From Acidobacteriota bacterium (lineage in GTDB: Bacteria; Acidobacteriota; Vicinamibacteria; Vicinamibacterales; SCN-69-37): 64,000 nucleotides of DNA. The notes under the pieces were generated by a model. The model saw nothing but the letters and a program-made list of their open reading frames with translations, did not search any database and was not told the DNA's origin. How positions within the stretch are numbered: the stretch's first letter is position 1; each line of letters opens with the position of its first letter. Location: NCBI GenBank assembly GCA_005799825.1, contig SYFT01000088.1, positions 3,448 through 67,447 on the forward strand, written 5' to 3'. A program made the position numbers and the translations under genes. Below, piece by piece: positions 29,821-37,406 of the stretch.

Positions 29821-31257
29821 TCACCTTGAATGGTTGTCCGCCGCAATCCACGCCCGGGCCGCGTCGACCATCAGTGCCACAGGCGGAGCCTGCCCCGTCC
29901 ACCACGCGCACTGACGGGCTGCCTGACCGGCCAGCATTTCGAGTCCGCCGATCACCTGGGCGCCAGCCGCGCGCGATGCCTGCAGGAGCGCCGTGTCTTC
30001 CGGGTTGTAGACCAGGTCGTACACCATAGCGGCCCGCGCGGTCGCGCCCGCGAGCGGATTCGCAAACAGATCCGGCCACGTGCCCACGGGGGTGGCGTTG
30101 ACGATCAAATCCCAGTCTCCTCCGGACGGCCACGGGACGGAGGCTGCGCCGATCGCGGACGCCAACGCCGCCGCTTCGCCAGCCCGGCGGGCGCAGATGG
30201 CCACCACGCTGCCGCGTCCGATCAGGGCGCGCCCTACGGCGCGCGCCGCCCCACCGGCGCCGATCACCAACACGCGCGCGCCGTTCAGCTCGATACTGCG
30301 ACGATCACACCCATCAAGAAAGCCCTCGCCATCCACGTTGCGGCCCAACCAGTACCCTGCATGGGCTTTGAGTGTATTCACGGCTCCGAGTGCGCGAGAC
30401 GCCTCGTCATCAAGTGTCACGTCCCACCCGCGCTTGAACGGCGCCGTCACGCTCAGACCTCGGATGCCAAGTGCGATTGCCACCGCAGCCGCGTCCTCGA
30501 TGCTTGCAGCCTGCAACGGCACGTAGACCGCATCTCGTCCCAAGGTCTGAAACGCGGCGTTATGTATTGCCGGTGATGCAGAGTGTTCGAGGGGCCGGCC
30601 CGTCACCGCATAGATTTCAGTAGCGCTGGTCACCTGCCGCACTCGAAACTGCCGGACGAGATCCGAGACCGAGTACTGGCCCTGGGCCGCAGTCCCGCCA
30701 TAAGTCCAGCACGAACCGAAATGCGCCGGCAACACGCGCGTGATGCGGCCGAACCCGCCCATGCCGATCACGACGGTTGCAGGGTCGCCGCCCGCAACGT
30801 CACGCAACGTCAGGCACTCGGCGGCCGACTGCGGAGTGCCCGCAATCTTGACGACGTCAGCGCCCTCCTGTCGCATCGCGGCGACGCGCGACGCGGCATC
30901 AGTCGGAACCGCCGTGAAGTCATGGTCCGACACCACCAGGTGGGTCGCCGTGCCACGCCGATCCGGCCGCCACTGCGCCCGCCGCTCCACATCTACGAAC
31001 TCCGCACCGAGCGCCACTGCCTCGTTGAGGATCCGCTGCCTGGTCGACTCGTCCCCGTCAAACGCCCCACCCTCCCACACCGGCCGGCACGTGACGATGA
31101 CTTTGTGCACCCGGTCGCGAAGGGCCCCGGCTACATCCAGGTCGACAACCCCGTCCAGACGCAGTTCGACCAGATCGGCCTCGGTGGCCGCATCGCGACC
31201 CTGGCGCAGCGCCCGCATGGTGCGGGCGGTCACGGTCTGGACGATCTGGATCTTCAT
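29821..31257 (-). CDS. Bifunctional type I 3-dehydroquinate dehydratase / shikimate 5-dehydrogenase (AroD-AroE fusion)
   Basis: The N-terminal half (LVELRLD...VIVTCRP...VVKIAG) is type I DHQase-like. The C-terminal half (YAVTGRPLEHSASPAIHNAAF...VLVIGAGGAARAV) is AroE-like. Start trimmed to the ATG at 31257, which has GAGG 9 nt upstream; the track ORF runs to 31482 through the leader region. Confidence 0.85.
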   Translation of the reverse strand: MKIQIVQTVTARTMRALRQGRDAATEADLVELRLDGVVDLDVAGALRDRVHKVIVTCRPVWEGGAFDGDESTRQRILNEAVALGAEFVDVERRAQWRPDRRGTATHLVVSDHDFTAVPTDAASRVAAMRQEGADVVKIAGTPQSAAECLTLRDVAGGDPATVVIGMGGFGRITRVLPAHFGSCWTYGGTAAQGQYSVSDLVRQFRVRQVTSATEIYAVTGRPLEHSASPAIHNAAFQTLGRDAVYVPLQAASIEDAAAVAIALGIRGLSVTAPFKRGWDVTLDDEASRALGAVNTLKAHAGYWLGRNVDGEGFLDGCDRRSIELNGARVLVIGAGGAARAVGRALIGRGSVVAICARRAGEAAALASAIGAASVPWPSGGDWDLIVNATPVGTWPDLFANPLAGATARAAMVYDLVYNPEDTALLQASRAAGAQVIGGLEMLAGQAARQCAWWTGQAPPVALMVDAARAWIAADNHSR

Positions 31258-31275
31258 CAACTCAGCCTCACAGGC

Positions 31276-31311
31276 AAAAAAAAACCCCCTCAGCACACTT
31301 GACTGAAGAGG
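31276..31311 (-). terminator. Intrinsic terminator (attenuator) upstream of aroD/E
   Basis: The minus strand reads CCTCTTCAG-tcaagtgtg-CTGAGGGGG followed by TTTTTTTTT. This is a 9-bp stem (2 G-U pairs), a 9-nt loop and a T9 tract. The T-tract ends 18 nt before the aroD/E ATG. Confidence 0.7.
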
Positions 31312-31339
31312 CCTTCCGGAATCGCGTCGAGTCTTACAA

Positions 31340-31444
31340 CTATCGGCGCGCGTCGCCCTCCACAGCTCCAGAGCCATGCCACCACCAATACGACCGGACG
31401 GTCGCGGGCGAGGAACTGAAGAAGGAAACTGATAGGTGCAACAT
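31340..31444 (-). CDS. Candidate aromatic/Trp leader peptide (34 codons): MLHLSVSFFSSSPATVRSYWWWHGSGAVEGDARR
   Basis: Hand translation, checked base by base. ATG at 31444-31442, three consecutive TGG codons (plus-strand CCACCACCA at 31379-31387) preceded by TAT, two TTC codons earlier, TAG at 31342-31340. Too short to be listed in the ORF track. Lies 28 nt upstream of the terminator stem. Confidence 0.6.
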   Translation of the reverse strand: MLHLSVSFFSSSPATVRSYWWWHGSGAVEGDARR

Positions 31445-31460
31445 GACTCGTGACGACGAG

Positions 31461-31490
31461 AGCGTACCAAACGACCGTCCAATGCGTCAA
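31461..31490 (-). promoter_or_regulatory. Possible sigma-70 promoter for the leader/aromatic operon (TTGACG-18 nt-TACGCT)
   Basis: On the minus strand, TTGACG (31490-31485), an 18-nt spacer and TACGCT (31466-31461). This would give a very short 5' UTR before the leader ATG. The -10 is weak. Confidence 0.25.
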
Positions 31491-31498
31491 CTTGACGC
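31484..31498. promoter_or_regulatory. Perfect 7-1-7 palindrome GCGTCAA-C-TTGACGC in a divergent intergenic region
   Basis: Read directly from the sequence. Overlaps the candidate -35 of the leader promoter and lies 25 nt upstream of the GTG of the divergent S55-like gene. Confidence 0.5.
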
Positions 31499-31522
31499 GT
31501 GTTATAACCAATCCTGACACCC

Positions 31523-33382
31523 GTGCATCAAGCCCCCTCACACCGCCTCATTCGCGCCCTTGTGGTCCCGGCCCTGGCAATACTTTCCCTGGCTGCCCCT
31601 GGTGCGCAGACCACGTTCATGCCAGTGTCCGAAATCCAGCCCGGCATGGTTGGTATCGGCCGGACGGTGTATGCGGGGACCCAACTCGACGAATTCCGCG
31701 CGCACATCATCGGTGTACTCAAGAACGTGGTGGCGCCGGGGCGGGATCTCATCCTGACCAAACTCGAAGGAGGTCCCCTGGCCGCCACGGGTGTGATGCA
31801 GGGTATGAGCGGCAGCCCGGTCTACGTGGACGGCCGGCTCATCGGCGCCGTCTCGTATTCCCTTGGGACCTTCCCACGTGAGCCTATCGCCGGCATCACG
31901 CCGATTGCCGAGATGCTGGCGGCGGTCGACGGGGGCGAAGCTCGCCCGGCGCTCGGCGAGTTCGATATGACCTGGCCCGCCACCCCCGAGCGAGTATTCG
32001 CGTCGCTCACCCGCGTCGCACAACGCGCGTCGGCTCCTCTTCGTTCATCCCTCCTCGCTTCCGACATCGTCGGCGCGCCGTCCGTCGCCGACTGGGCGCC
32101 GCGCCTGCGTCCCATCGGCGCGGCGATGGTGGCGTCGGGCCTGGCGCCTGGCGTGGAATCCCGGTTGCGGGATGCGCTCGCATCGGGCGGTTCGTCTCTC
32201 GCCAGCCTGGACCTGTCGCAGGCACCAAGACCGGACGCTTCCCCGCTCAGGCCTGGAGACCCGGTCGGCATGAGCATGCTGCGCGGCGACATGGAGATGG
32301 GCGCCACCGGAACCGTCACCCACATCGACGGCTCACGCGTGTATGCGTTCGGCCACTCCTTCCTGAACCTCGGCCCAACGTCGATGGCCATGACGCGCGC
32401 GCAAGTCCTCACGGTGCTGCCCAGCCTCGACTCGTCGATGAAGATTTCGGCTATGGGACCAGTCATTGGCCGCATGACTCAGGACAGGACGACCGCTGTC
32501 GGTGGCCTGCTCGGCCCAGGGCCGGACGAACTCGCCGTGACGCTGAACATCGAAGCGGGACGCGCTCCGGCGCGTCGGCTCAAGTTCAACGTGCTCCATG
32601 ACCAGAGTCTCACTCCCCTCTTTGCGTACGTGGCCATCCTCAATTCCCTGACGACCTCTGTGCGCCAGGCCGGCGCCACCGCCGTGACTGCCCAGGGTTC
32701 AGTCACGTTCGGCGGACTCGGCACGTTGCAGATTGACGATGCCTTCTCGGGCGAACAGGCGATCGCGCAGGCTGGCGCAGCCGCGATGACCCCCATCGGC
32801 GCCATCGCCGGCAACACCTTCCGCCCCACTCTGCCCAGCGCACTAAACCTGACCGTGCGCGTGTCCGAGACCGAGACCTACTCCACGATTGAACGGATCT
32901 GGCTCGACACCACGCGACCGACACTTGGCGGCACACACACGCTGCACGTGATGCTGCGGCACTACCGCAGCGGCTCGGAAGTGGTGTCACTACCCGTGAC
33001 GATGCCCGCGCAGGCGACTGGTCCGGTGACCCTCATAGTGGCGGACGGTGCCACACTGTCGGCGCTCGAGCAGAAGGACATCCGCCCCACACCACCTCGA
33101 ACGCTCGAAGCTCTGTTCGCACGATTGCAGGAGGCCCCCACGGGCAACCGTCTCTATGTGCGTCTACTGACGGCATCGACCGGCACCGCGGTCGCCGGCG
33201 AAGCGCTACCTGCACTCCCTGCGTCGGTGCTCGCCGCTCTCGACACCGACACGTCCGTCGGCTCCACCGAACTCGCGCGAGCCGTCGTTGGCGCGTGGGA
33301 CCGCCGGCTCCCGCGCGTCATTCGCGGCTCCCGCGAACTGACGCTGACCTTGCGCCCTTTACAGCCATCTTCACACCCATGA
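31523..33382 (+). CDS. Secreted SpoIVB/S55-like serine peptidase domain protein
   Basis: 619 aa. Signal peptide (LIRALVVPALAILSLAAPGAQT). GMSGSPVY motif at residues 94-101. GTVTHIDGSRVYAFGHSF segment further downstream. The family assignment is from memory of S55 motifs only. Confidence 0.55.
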   Translation: MHQAPSHRLIRALVVPALAILSLAAPGAQTTFMPVSEIQPGMVGIGRTVYAGTQLDEFRAHIIGVLKNVVAPGRDLILTKLEGGPLAATGVMQGMSGSPVYVDGRLIGAVSYSLGTFPREPIAGITPIAEMLAAVDGGEARPALGEFDMTWPATPERVFASLTRVAQRASAPLRSSLLASDIVGAPSVADWAPRLRPIGAAMVASGLAPGVESRLRDALASGGSSLASLDLSQAPRPDASPLRPGDPVGMSMLRGDMEMGATGTVTHIDGSRVYAFGHSFLNLGPTSMAMTRAQVLTVLPSLDSSMKISAMGPVIGRMTQDRTTAVGGLLGPGPDELAVTLNIEAGRAPARRLKFNVLHDQSLTPLFAYVAILNSLTTSVRQAGATAVTAQGSVTFGGLGTLQIDDAFSGEQAIAQAGAAAMTPIGAIAGNTFRPTLPSALNLTVRVSETETYSTIERIWLDTTRPTLGGTHTLHVMLRHYRSGSEVVSLPVTMPAQATGPVTLIVADGATLSALEQKDIRPTPPRTLEALFARLQEAPTGNRLYVRLLTASTGTAVAGEALPALPASVLAALDTDTSVGSTELARAVVGAWDRRLPRVIRGSRELTLTLRPLQPSSHP

Positions 33383-35520
33383 CCACTCGATTCCGGACGT
33401 CAGCCCTGTCTCTCTTGGCCGCTGTTGTCCTGTTTGCCGGCGGACGCGCCCACATCGGAGCGGCCGGCCCGTCGTTCTGGACCGTTGCCTCACAGGCGGG
33501 GTTTCTCCAAGGCACTCCCACAGGCGTCTCCATTGACGATGCGGGCCGTCTAGTGGTTGCGCCTCTCGTGAGTGTGGTCGCCGATCTCACAGCGCCGCAG
33601 TCATGGAGTCTGGCGCGCACGGCCGATGGCACCTGGTTCGCCGGTACCGGTGGCACGGGCCGTGTGCTGCGGGGCCGGGGTGCGCAGGTGGACACCATTC
33701 TCAACGTAGAGCCGTCGGCGATCCATGCGCTGGCCGTGGTGAACGGACGGGTCTTCGCCGCCAGTTCCCCTGACGGCCGCGTGCATATCATCGAGCCCGA
33801 TGGGTCGTCCCGAGTGTTTTTCGACCCGGCCGAGTCGTACATCTGGGCCCTGGCCGCAGACCAGCAGGGCCGGCTCTGGGTCGGCGCCGGACATCCGGCG
33901 GTGATCTATCGCGTGGATGCGGCTGGCACCTCGCAAGTGGTCTACCGGCCGTCCGCGCGTCACGTGGTGAGCCTGGCGATGGACACCACGGGGCGCATGT
34001 ACGCCGGCACCGATACACCGGCACGGCTGTATCGATTCGGCGATGCCGACCGGCCGTTCGTCGTCTTTGAGCCGGGGCTGACGGAACTGCGCGCGATCGT
34101 GCCGTCCTCAAATGGCACGTTGTATGTCGCGGCTCTCTCCTCGGGCGGTGACGCCGCGCCCGACACCGGGATGACGGGCAGCGTGACGATCATCGTGGCA
34201 GGCACCAATACCGGCACGGCGTCCACCACTACTCCGGCGACACCCGACCGCCGTTCGACCATCTTTCGCGTGACGCCGGATGGCACATGGGACGCGTTGT
34301 GGGAAACCGCGGACGCGGTGTACGACCTCGCGGTGCGTGACACCAACTCGCTGCTTGTGGCCACCGGTCCAGCGGGCCGGCTGTACCAGGTGTCAACAGC
34401 CCCGGCTACGTGGGGTGCGGCCACGCTCGTCAACACCGTCGATGCCAAACAGATCACTCGGCTGGCCACTGACGGGACGCGGACGCTGGCCCTCACCGCC
34501 AATCCCGGCCGTGTGGTCGCCGTGGCCACGGCCCCCGCTCAGGTCTCGTCATACGCCTCACCTGTGCGGGATGCGAAGACCACCGCGCAATGGGGTTCCA
34601 TCCGCTGGGAGGGCGTTGGCTCGGTCGCCCTCCAGACCCGTTCGGGCAACACGCACCTCCCGGACGATTCCTGGAGCCCGTGGGCGGCACCCACTCCTCA
34701 GGCGAGCGGCTTCGCGATCACCAACCCTTCTGCCCGCTTTCTGCAGTGGCGCGCGACGTTGACACCAGGCACGGTCGCGCCGGTCGTGACGTCAGTGACG
34801 GTGGCCTACCTCCCTCGCAATCTGCGTCCGGTCGTCAGCGAAATCACGGTGCATCCCCCTGGAGTGGTGTTTCAGCGACCGTTTTCAAGCGATGAAGGCG
34901 CTATCGCCGGCCTCGACGAATCCGTGGCTGTCGCGCGGCGCCCGCCCGGTGGCGACCCGACGGCGCCGGGCACGTCGGTCGCGGGCCGGCGCATGTTCAG
35001 CCGGGGCCTGCAGACACTCGGGTGGAAGGCTGAGGACCCGGATGCCGACCGGCTACTGTTCGCGCTGCGCTATCGACTCGAGGGCGAGGCGGCGTGGTCG
35101 GTGCTACGAGAGGGACTGGCTGACCCGCTCTTTGTGTGGGATACCACGTCGGTGCCCGATGGCCGGTATCTCATGCGCGTCACCGCCTCAGACACGTTGT
35201 CGAATACACCTGAGCGTGTGCTGGCCGGTGATCGGGAGAGCACTGCGATTGACATCGACAATACACCGCCAGTCATCACGATGGCGGTCACCGGCACCCG
35301 CGTGGCGATCCGCGTCACGGACGCGCACAGCGGCGTACACCGCGTGGACTACTCGCTTGGTGGTCAGACGTGGCAACTGCTGCGTCCGCTTGACGGCCTG
35401 GAGGATTCGCGCCAGGAGCAGTTCGAAGTGACCCTGCCGACAGCAGCCGACGCTGCACGGCTGGTGTTGCGCGCCAGCGATGTGATGCAGAACGTAACGT
35501 CGGCCGTGGCCGGCCGCTGA
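33379..35520 (+). CDS. Secreted beta-propeller-repeat protein with C-terminal Ig-like domains
   Basis: 713 aa after trimming to the ATG at 33379 (ATGA overlap with the upstream stop). Signal peptide. Recurrent G-x-G-R-(V/L)-(Y/L)-R-type blades (GTGRVLR, DGRVHII, PAVIYRV, PARLYRF, AGRLYQV, PGRVVAV). The C-terminal part resembles Ig/FN3-like folds. Confidence 0.6.
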   Translation: MTTRFRTSALSLLAAVVLFAGGRAHIGAAGPSFWTVASQAGFLQGTPTGVSIDDAGRLVVAPLVSVVADLTAPQSWSLARTADGTWFAGTGGTGRVLRGRGAQVDTILNVEPSAIHALAVVNGRVFAASSPDGRVHIIEPDGSSRVFFDPAESYIWALAADQQGRLWVGAGHPAVIYRVDAAGTSQVVYRPSARHVVSLAMDTTGRMYAGTDTPARLYRFGDADRPFVVFEPGLTELRAIVPSSNGTLYVAALSSGGDAAPDTGMTGSVTIIVAGTNTGTASTTTPATPDRRSTIFRVTPDGTWDALWETADAVYDLAVRDTNSLLVATGPAGRLYQVSTAPATWGAATLVNTVDAKQITRLATDGTRTLALTANPGRVVAVATAPAQVSSYASPVRDAKTTAQWGSIRWEGVGSVALQTRSGNTHLPDDSWSPWAAPTPQASGFAITNPSARFLQWRATLTPGTVAPVVTSVTVAYLPRNLRPVVSEITVHPPGVVFQRPFSSDEGAIAGLDESVAVARRPPGGDPTAPGTSVAGRRMFSRGLQTLGWKAEDPDADRLLFALRYRLEGEAAWSVLREGLADPLFVWDTTSVPDGRYLMRVTASDTLSNTPERVLAGDRESTAIDIDNTPPVITMAVTGTRVAIRVTDAHSGVHRVDYSLGGQTWQLLRPLDGLEDSRQEQFEVTLPTAADAARLVLRASDVMQNVTSAVAGR

Positions 35521-35522
35521 CG

Positions 35523-35804
35523 TCAGATACCGGACGCGGTGACCGACGTTCGTACGTGCTGGTCAAGCGCGACCTGCTGTGACTGATGGCGGCGGCGCCA
35601 CCACCGGCGCCGGTTGGACGCCTGAGTCGCCACGACGCGGTAGATCCAGGTGCGAAGGGCCGACTGGCCGCGGAACTGGCCGAGTGTGCGGAACACCCTC
35701 AGAAAGAATTCCTGGGAGAGATCAAGCGCCTCCTGCTGGTCGCCAAGTAGGTGCAGCGAAAGCTGGTAGACCATGCGCTGGTGGTCGGTCACAAGCCTGT
35801 GCAC
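35523..35804 (-). CDS. ECF sigma factor fragment: region 2 only, no region 4 (possible pseudogene or stand-alone sigma-2 domain)
   Basis: 93 aa. ALDLSQEFFLRVFRTLGQFRGQSALRTWIYRVVATQASNRRR is a sigma-70 region 2 signature. The ORF stops 3 nt from the convergent upstream gene, leaving no room for region 4. Two in-frame TGA codons sit immediately upstream of the GTG. Confidence 0.6.
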   Translation of the reverse strand: MHRLVTDHQRMVYQLSLHLLGDQQEALDLSQEFFLRVFRTLGQFRGQSALRTWIYRVVATQASNRRRWWRRRHQSQQVALDQHVRTSVTASGI

Positions 35805-35996
35805 GCGGCGTCATCACCGGCCACACCCTCCTGCACGCGGGCCCAGTCCGAGGCCCCCTCGGCCTGCTCCGCGGCAGCCGGCGATGGCTGTGACCATGCG
35901 ACGCCTCGGATGGGTTTCACAAACGCCTCCCGGGTATCGTAGCGCCGGCATGTACCGACTTAGACCCCGCCGCGCCGCGAATGTTCCGTCGGTAGT

Positions 35997-36005
35997 TGCT
36001 ATATT
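35997..36005 (+). promoter_or_regulatory. Extended -10-like element TGcTATATT placed 6 nt before the ATG of the TPR gene (leaderless mRNA candidate)
   Basis: Sequence TGCTATATTGACGCGATG. No Shine-Dalgarno sequence is possible in the 6-nt gap. Confidence 0.3.
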
Positions 36006-36011
36006 GACGCG

Positions 36012-37406
36012 ATGAAGCTGGTACTGGCCGTGACCGGCCTCGTCGTCCTGGCGCTGATGTCGGCCTACGCGGTTCAGCAGCTGAACCGTGGTGAGCAATT
36101 CCAAGTCCTGATGGTCTCGGGAGACGATGCGCTCGCGGCCGGCAACAGCTATGCGGCGGTGGCCGCCTACAGCGGAGCCATGGCGCTGCGTTCCGGTTCC
36201 ATGGTGTCGCACCTCCGTCGTGGCAAGGCGTATGAAGCCCAGCGACGACAGGAAGAAGCCATCCGCGACTACCTCGAAGCCGCCCGCCTGCAGCCCGGAG
36301 CCGCCGACCCGCTCCTGGCCCTGGCTGGCCTCTACGCCGCTCAGGGCGACATGGCCCACGCCGCCGAGTGGTACGGTCGGGCCGCGGTGGTGGATTCTCA
36401 AAACTCCTCGCTGCTCTACCAACTCGCTCTGGCCCGCTATCGAGGCGGCCAGGGAGCCACGGCGATCGATCCCGTGCGCCGCGCCCTTGCGCTTGACCCC
36501 GGTTTCGACGAGGCCCACTACCTGCTTGGTGTGCTCCTGCACGATGCCCGCGACCTTGACGGCGCGACGGCGTCCCTTGAGCGCGCCATTGCAGGGAACC
36601 CCGCCTTCACCGCCGCGCGCGAGGAACTGGCCGAGGTCTTTCGTGCTCGGCATCGATTCGCCGATGAGATGGGCCAGCTCACGGCGATCGCGGCCGCCGA
36701 CAACCGCGGCGTCCGTACCGTCGCCATCGCGCTCGCCGAAGCCCGTCAGGGGAACTTCGAGAGTGCGCTAACCACGCTGACCAAAGCGCAGGCGCTCGAT
36801 CCTGCCGATTCGACCGTGGCGCTGGCGCGCGGCCGCGTGTATCTGATGCAAGCAGAAGCCGCCTCAGATCCTGCGCGGCGAATCGCCTCGGCACGACTGG
36901 CTCTGCCGTCGCTTGAACTCGCCCTGGGCGGCAGTGCCCGCCGCAGCGAGGGCCTGACGCTATACGGCCGCGCGGTCTACCTCATCGGCAGCGCAGGTGA
37001 GGCGGAGCGCCTGCTCAAGGAAGCCGTGGCCACCACTCCGTTTGATCGCGCCGCGTTTGCGTACCTCGCCGACGTCGCCGAACAGCTGGGACACTACGCG
37101 GACGCCCGTGACTGGCTGATGCGCTTCGATGCGCTCGAGGGCGACACGGCCACGGCCGCGGTCCGGACGGCGCGCCTGCGAAGGCTGGGCGGACTCGCGC
37201 TCGCCGGGGGCGATGCGCTCGGCGCGGTCGTCGCGCTGGAAGATGCCCACAAGCGCGGACTGCGTGATGCGATCATGCTCGGGTGGCTCGCGGATGCGCG
37301 ATGGAAGACCGGCAATACGGCGGGAGCAAAGGACGCGCTGTCTCAGGCTCTGGCGCTGGCACCCAACGACGCCGCGCTGCGGCGACTCCGGCAGTTGATC
37401 AGGTAG
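36012..37406 (+). CDS. TPR-repeat protein with N-terminal transmembrane anchor
   Basis: 464 aa. N-terminal helix MKLVLAVTGLVVLALMSAYAV followed by multiple TPR-like A/L/Y-rich repeats. Confidence 0.7.
   Translation: MKLVLAVTGLVVLALMSAYAVQQLNRGEQFQVLMVSGDDALAAGNSYAAVAAYSGAMALRSGSMVSHLRRGKAYEAQRRQEEAIRDYLEAARLQPGAADPLLALAGLYAAQGDMAHAAEWYGRAAVVDSQNSSLLYQLALARYRGGQGATAIDPVRRALALDPGFDEAHYLLGVLLHDARDLDGATASLERAIAGNPAFTAAREELAEVFRARHRFADEMGQLTAIAAADNRGVRTVAIALAEARQGNFESALTTLTKAQALDPADSTVALARGRVYLMQAEAASDPARRIASARLALPSLELALGGSARRSEGLTLYGRAVYLIGSAGEAERLLKEAVATTPFDRAAFAYLADVAEQLGHYADARDWLMRFDALEGDTATAAVRTARLRRLGGLALAGGDALGAVVALEDAHKRGLRDAIMLGWLADARWKTGNTAGAKDALSQALALAPNDAALRRLRQLIR

Noticed and set aside
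35814-36653. 279-aa minus-strand ORF upstream of the sigma fragment. It might have supplied the missing part of the sigma factor.
   Set aside because: It is antisense to the TPR gene, is Gly/Arg-rich, has no sigma region 3/4 features, and is in the wrong position: upstream of region 2, not downstream.
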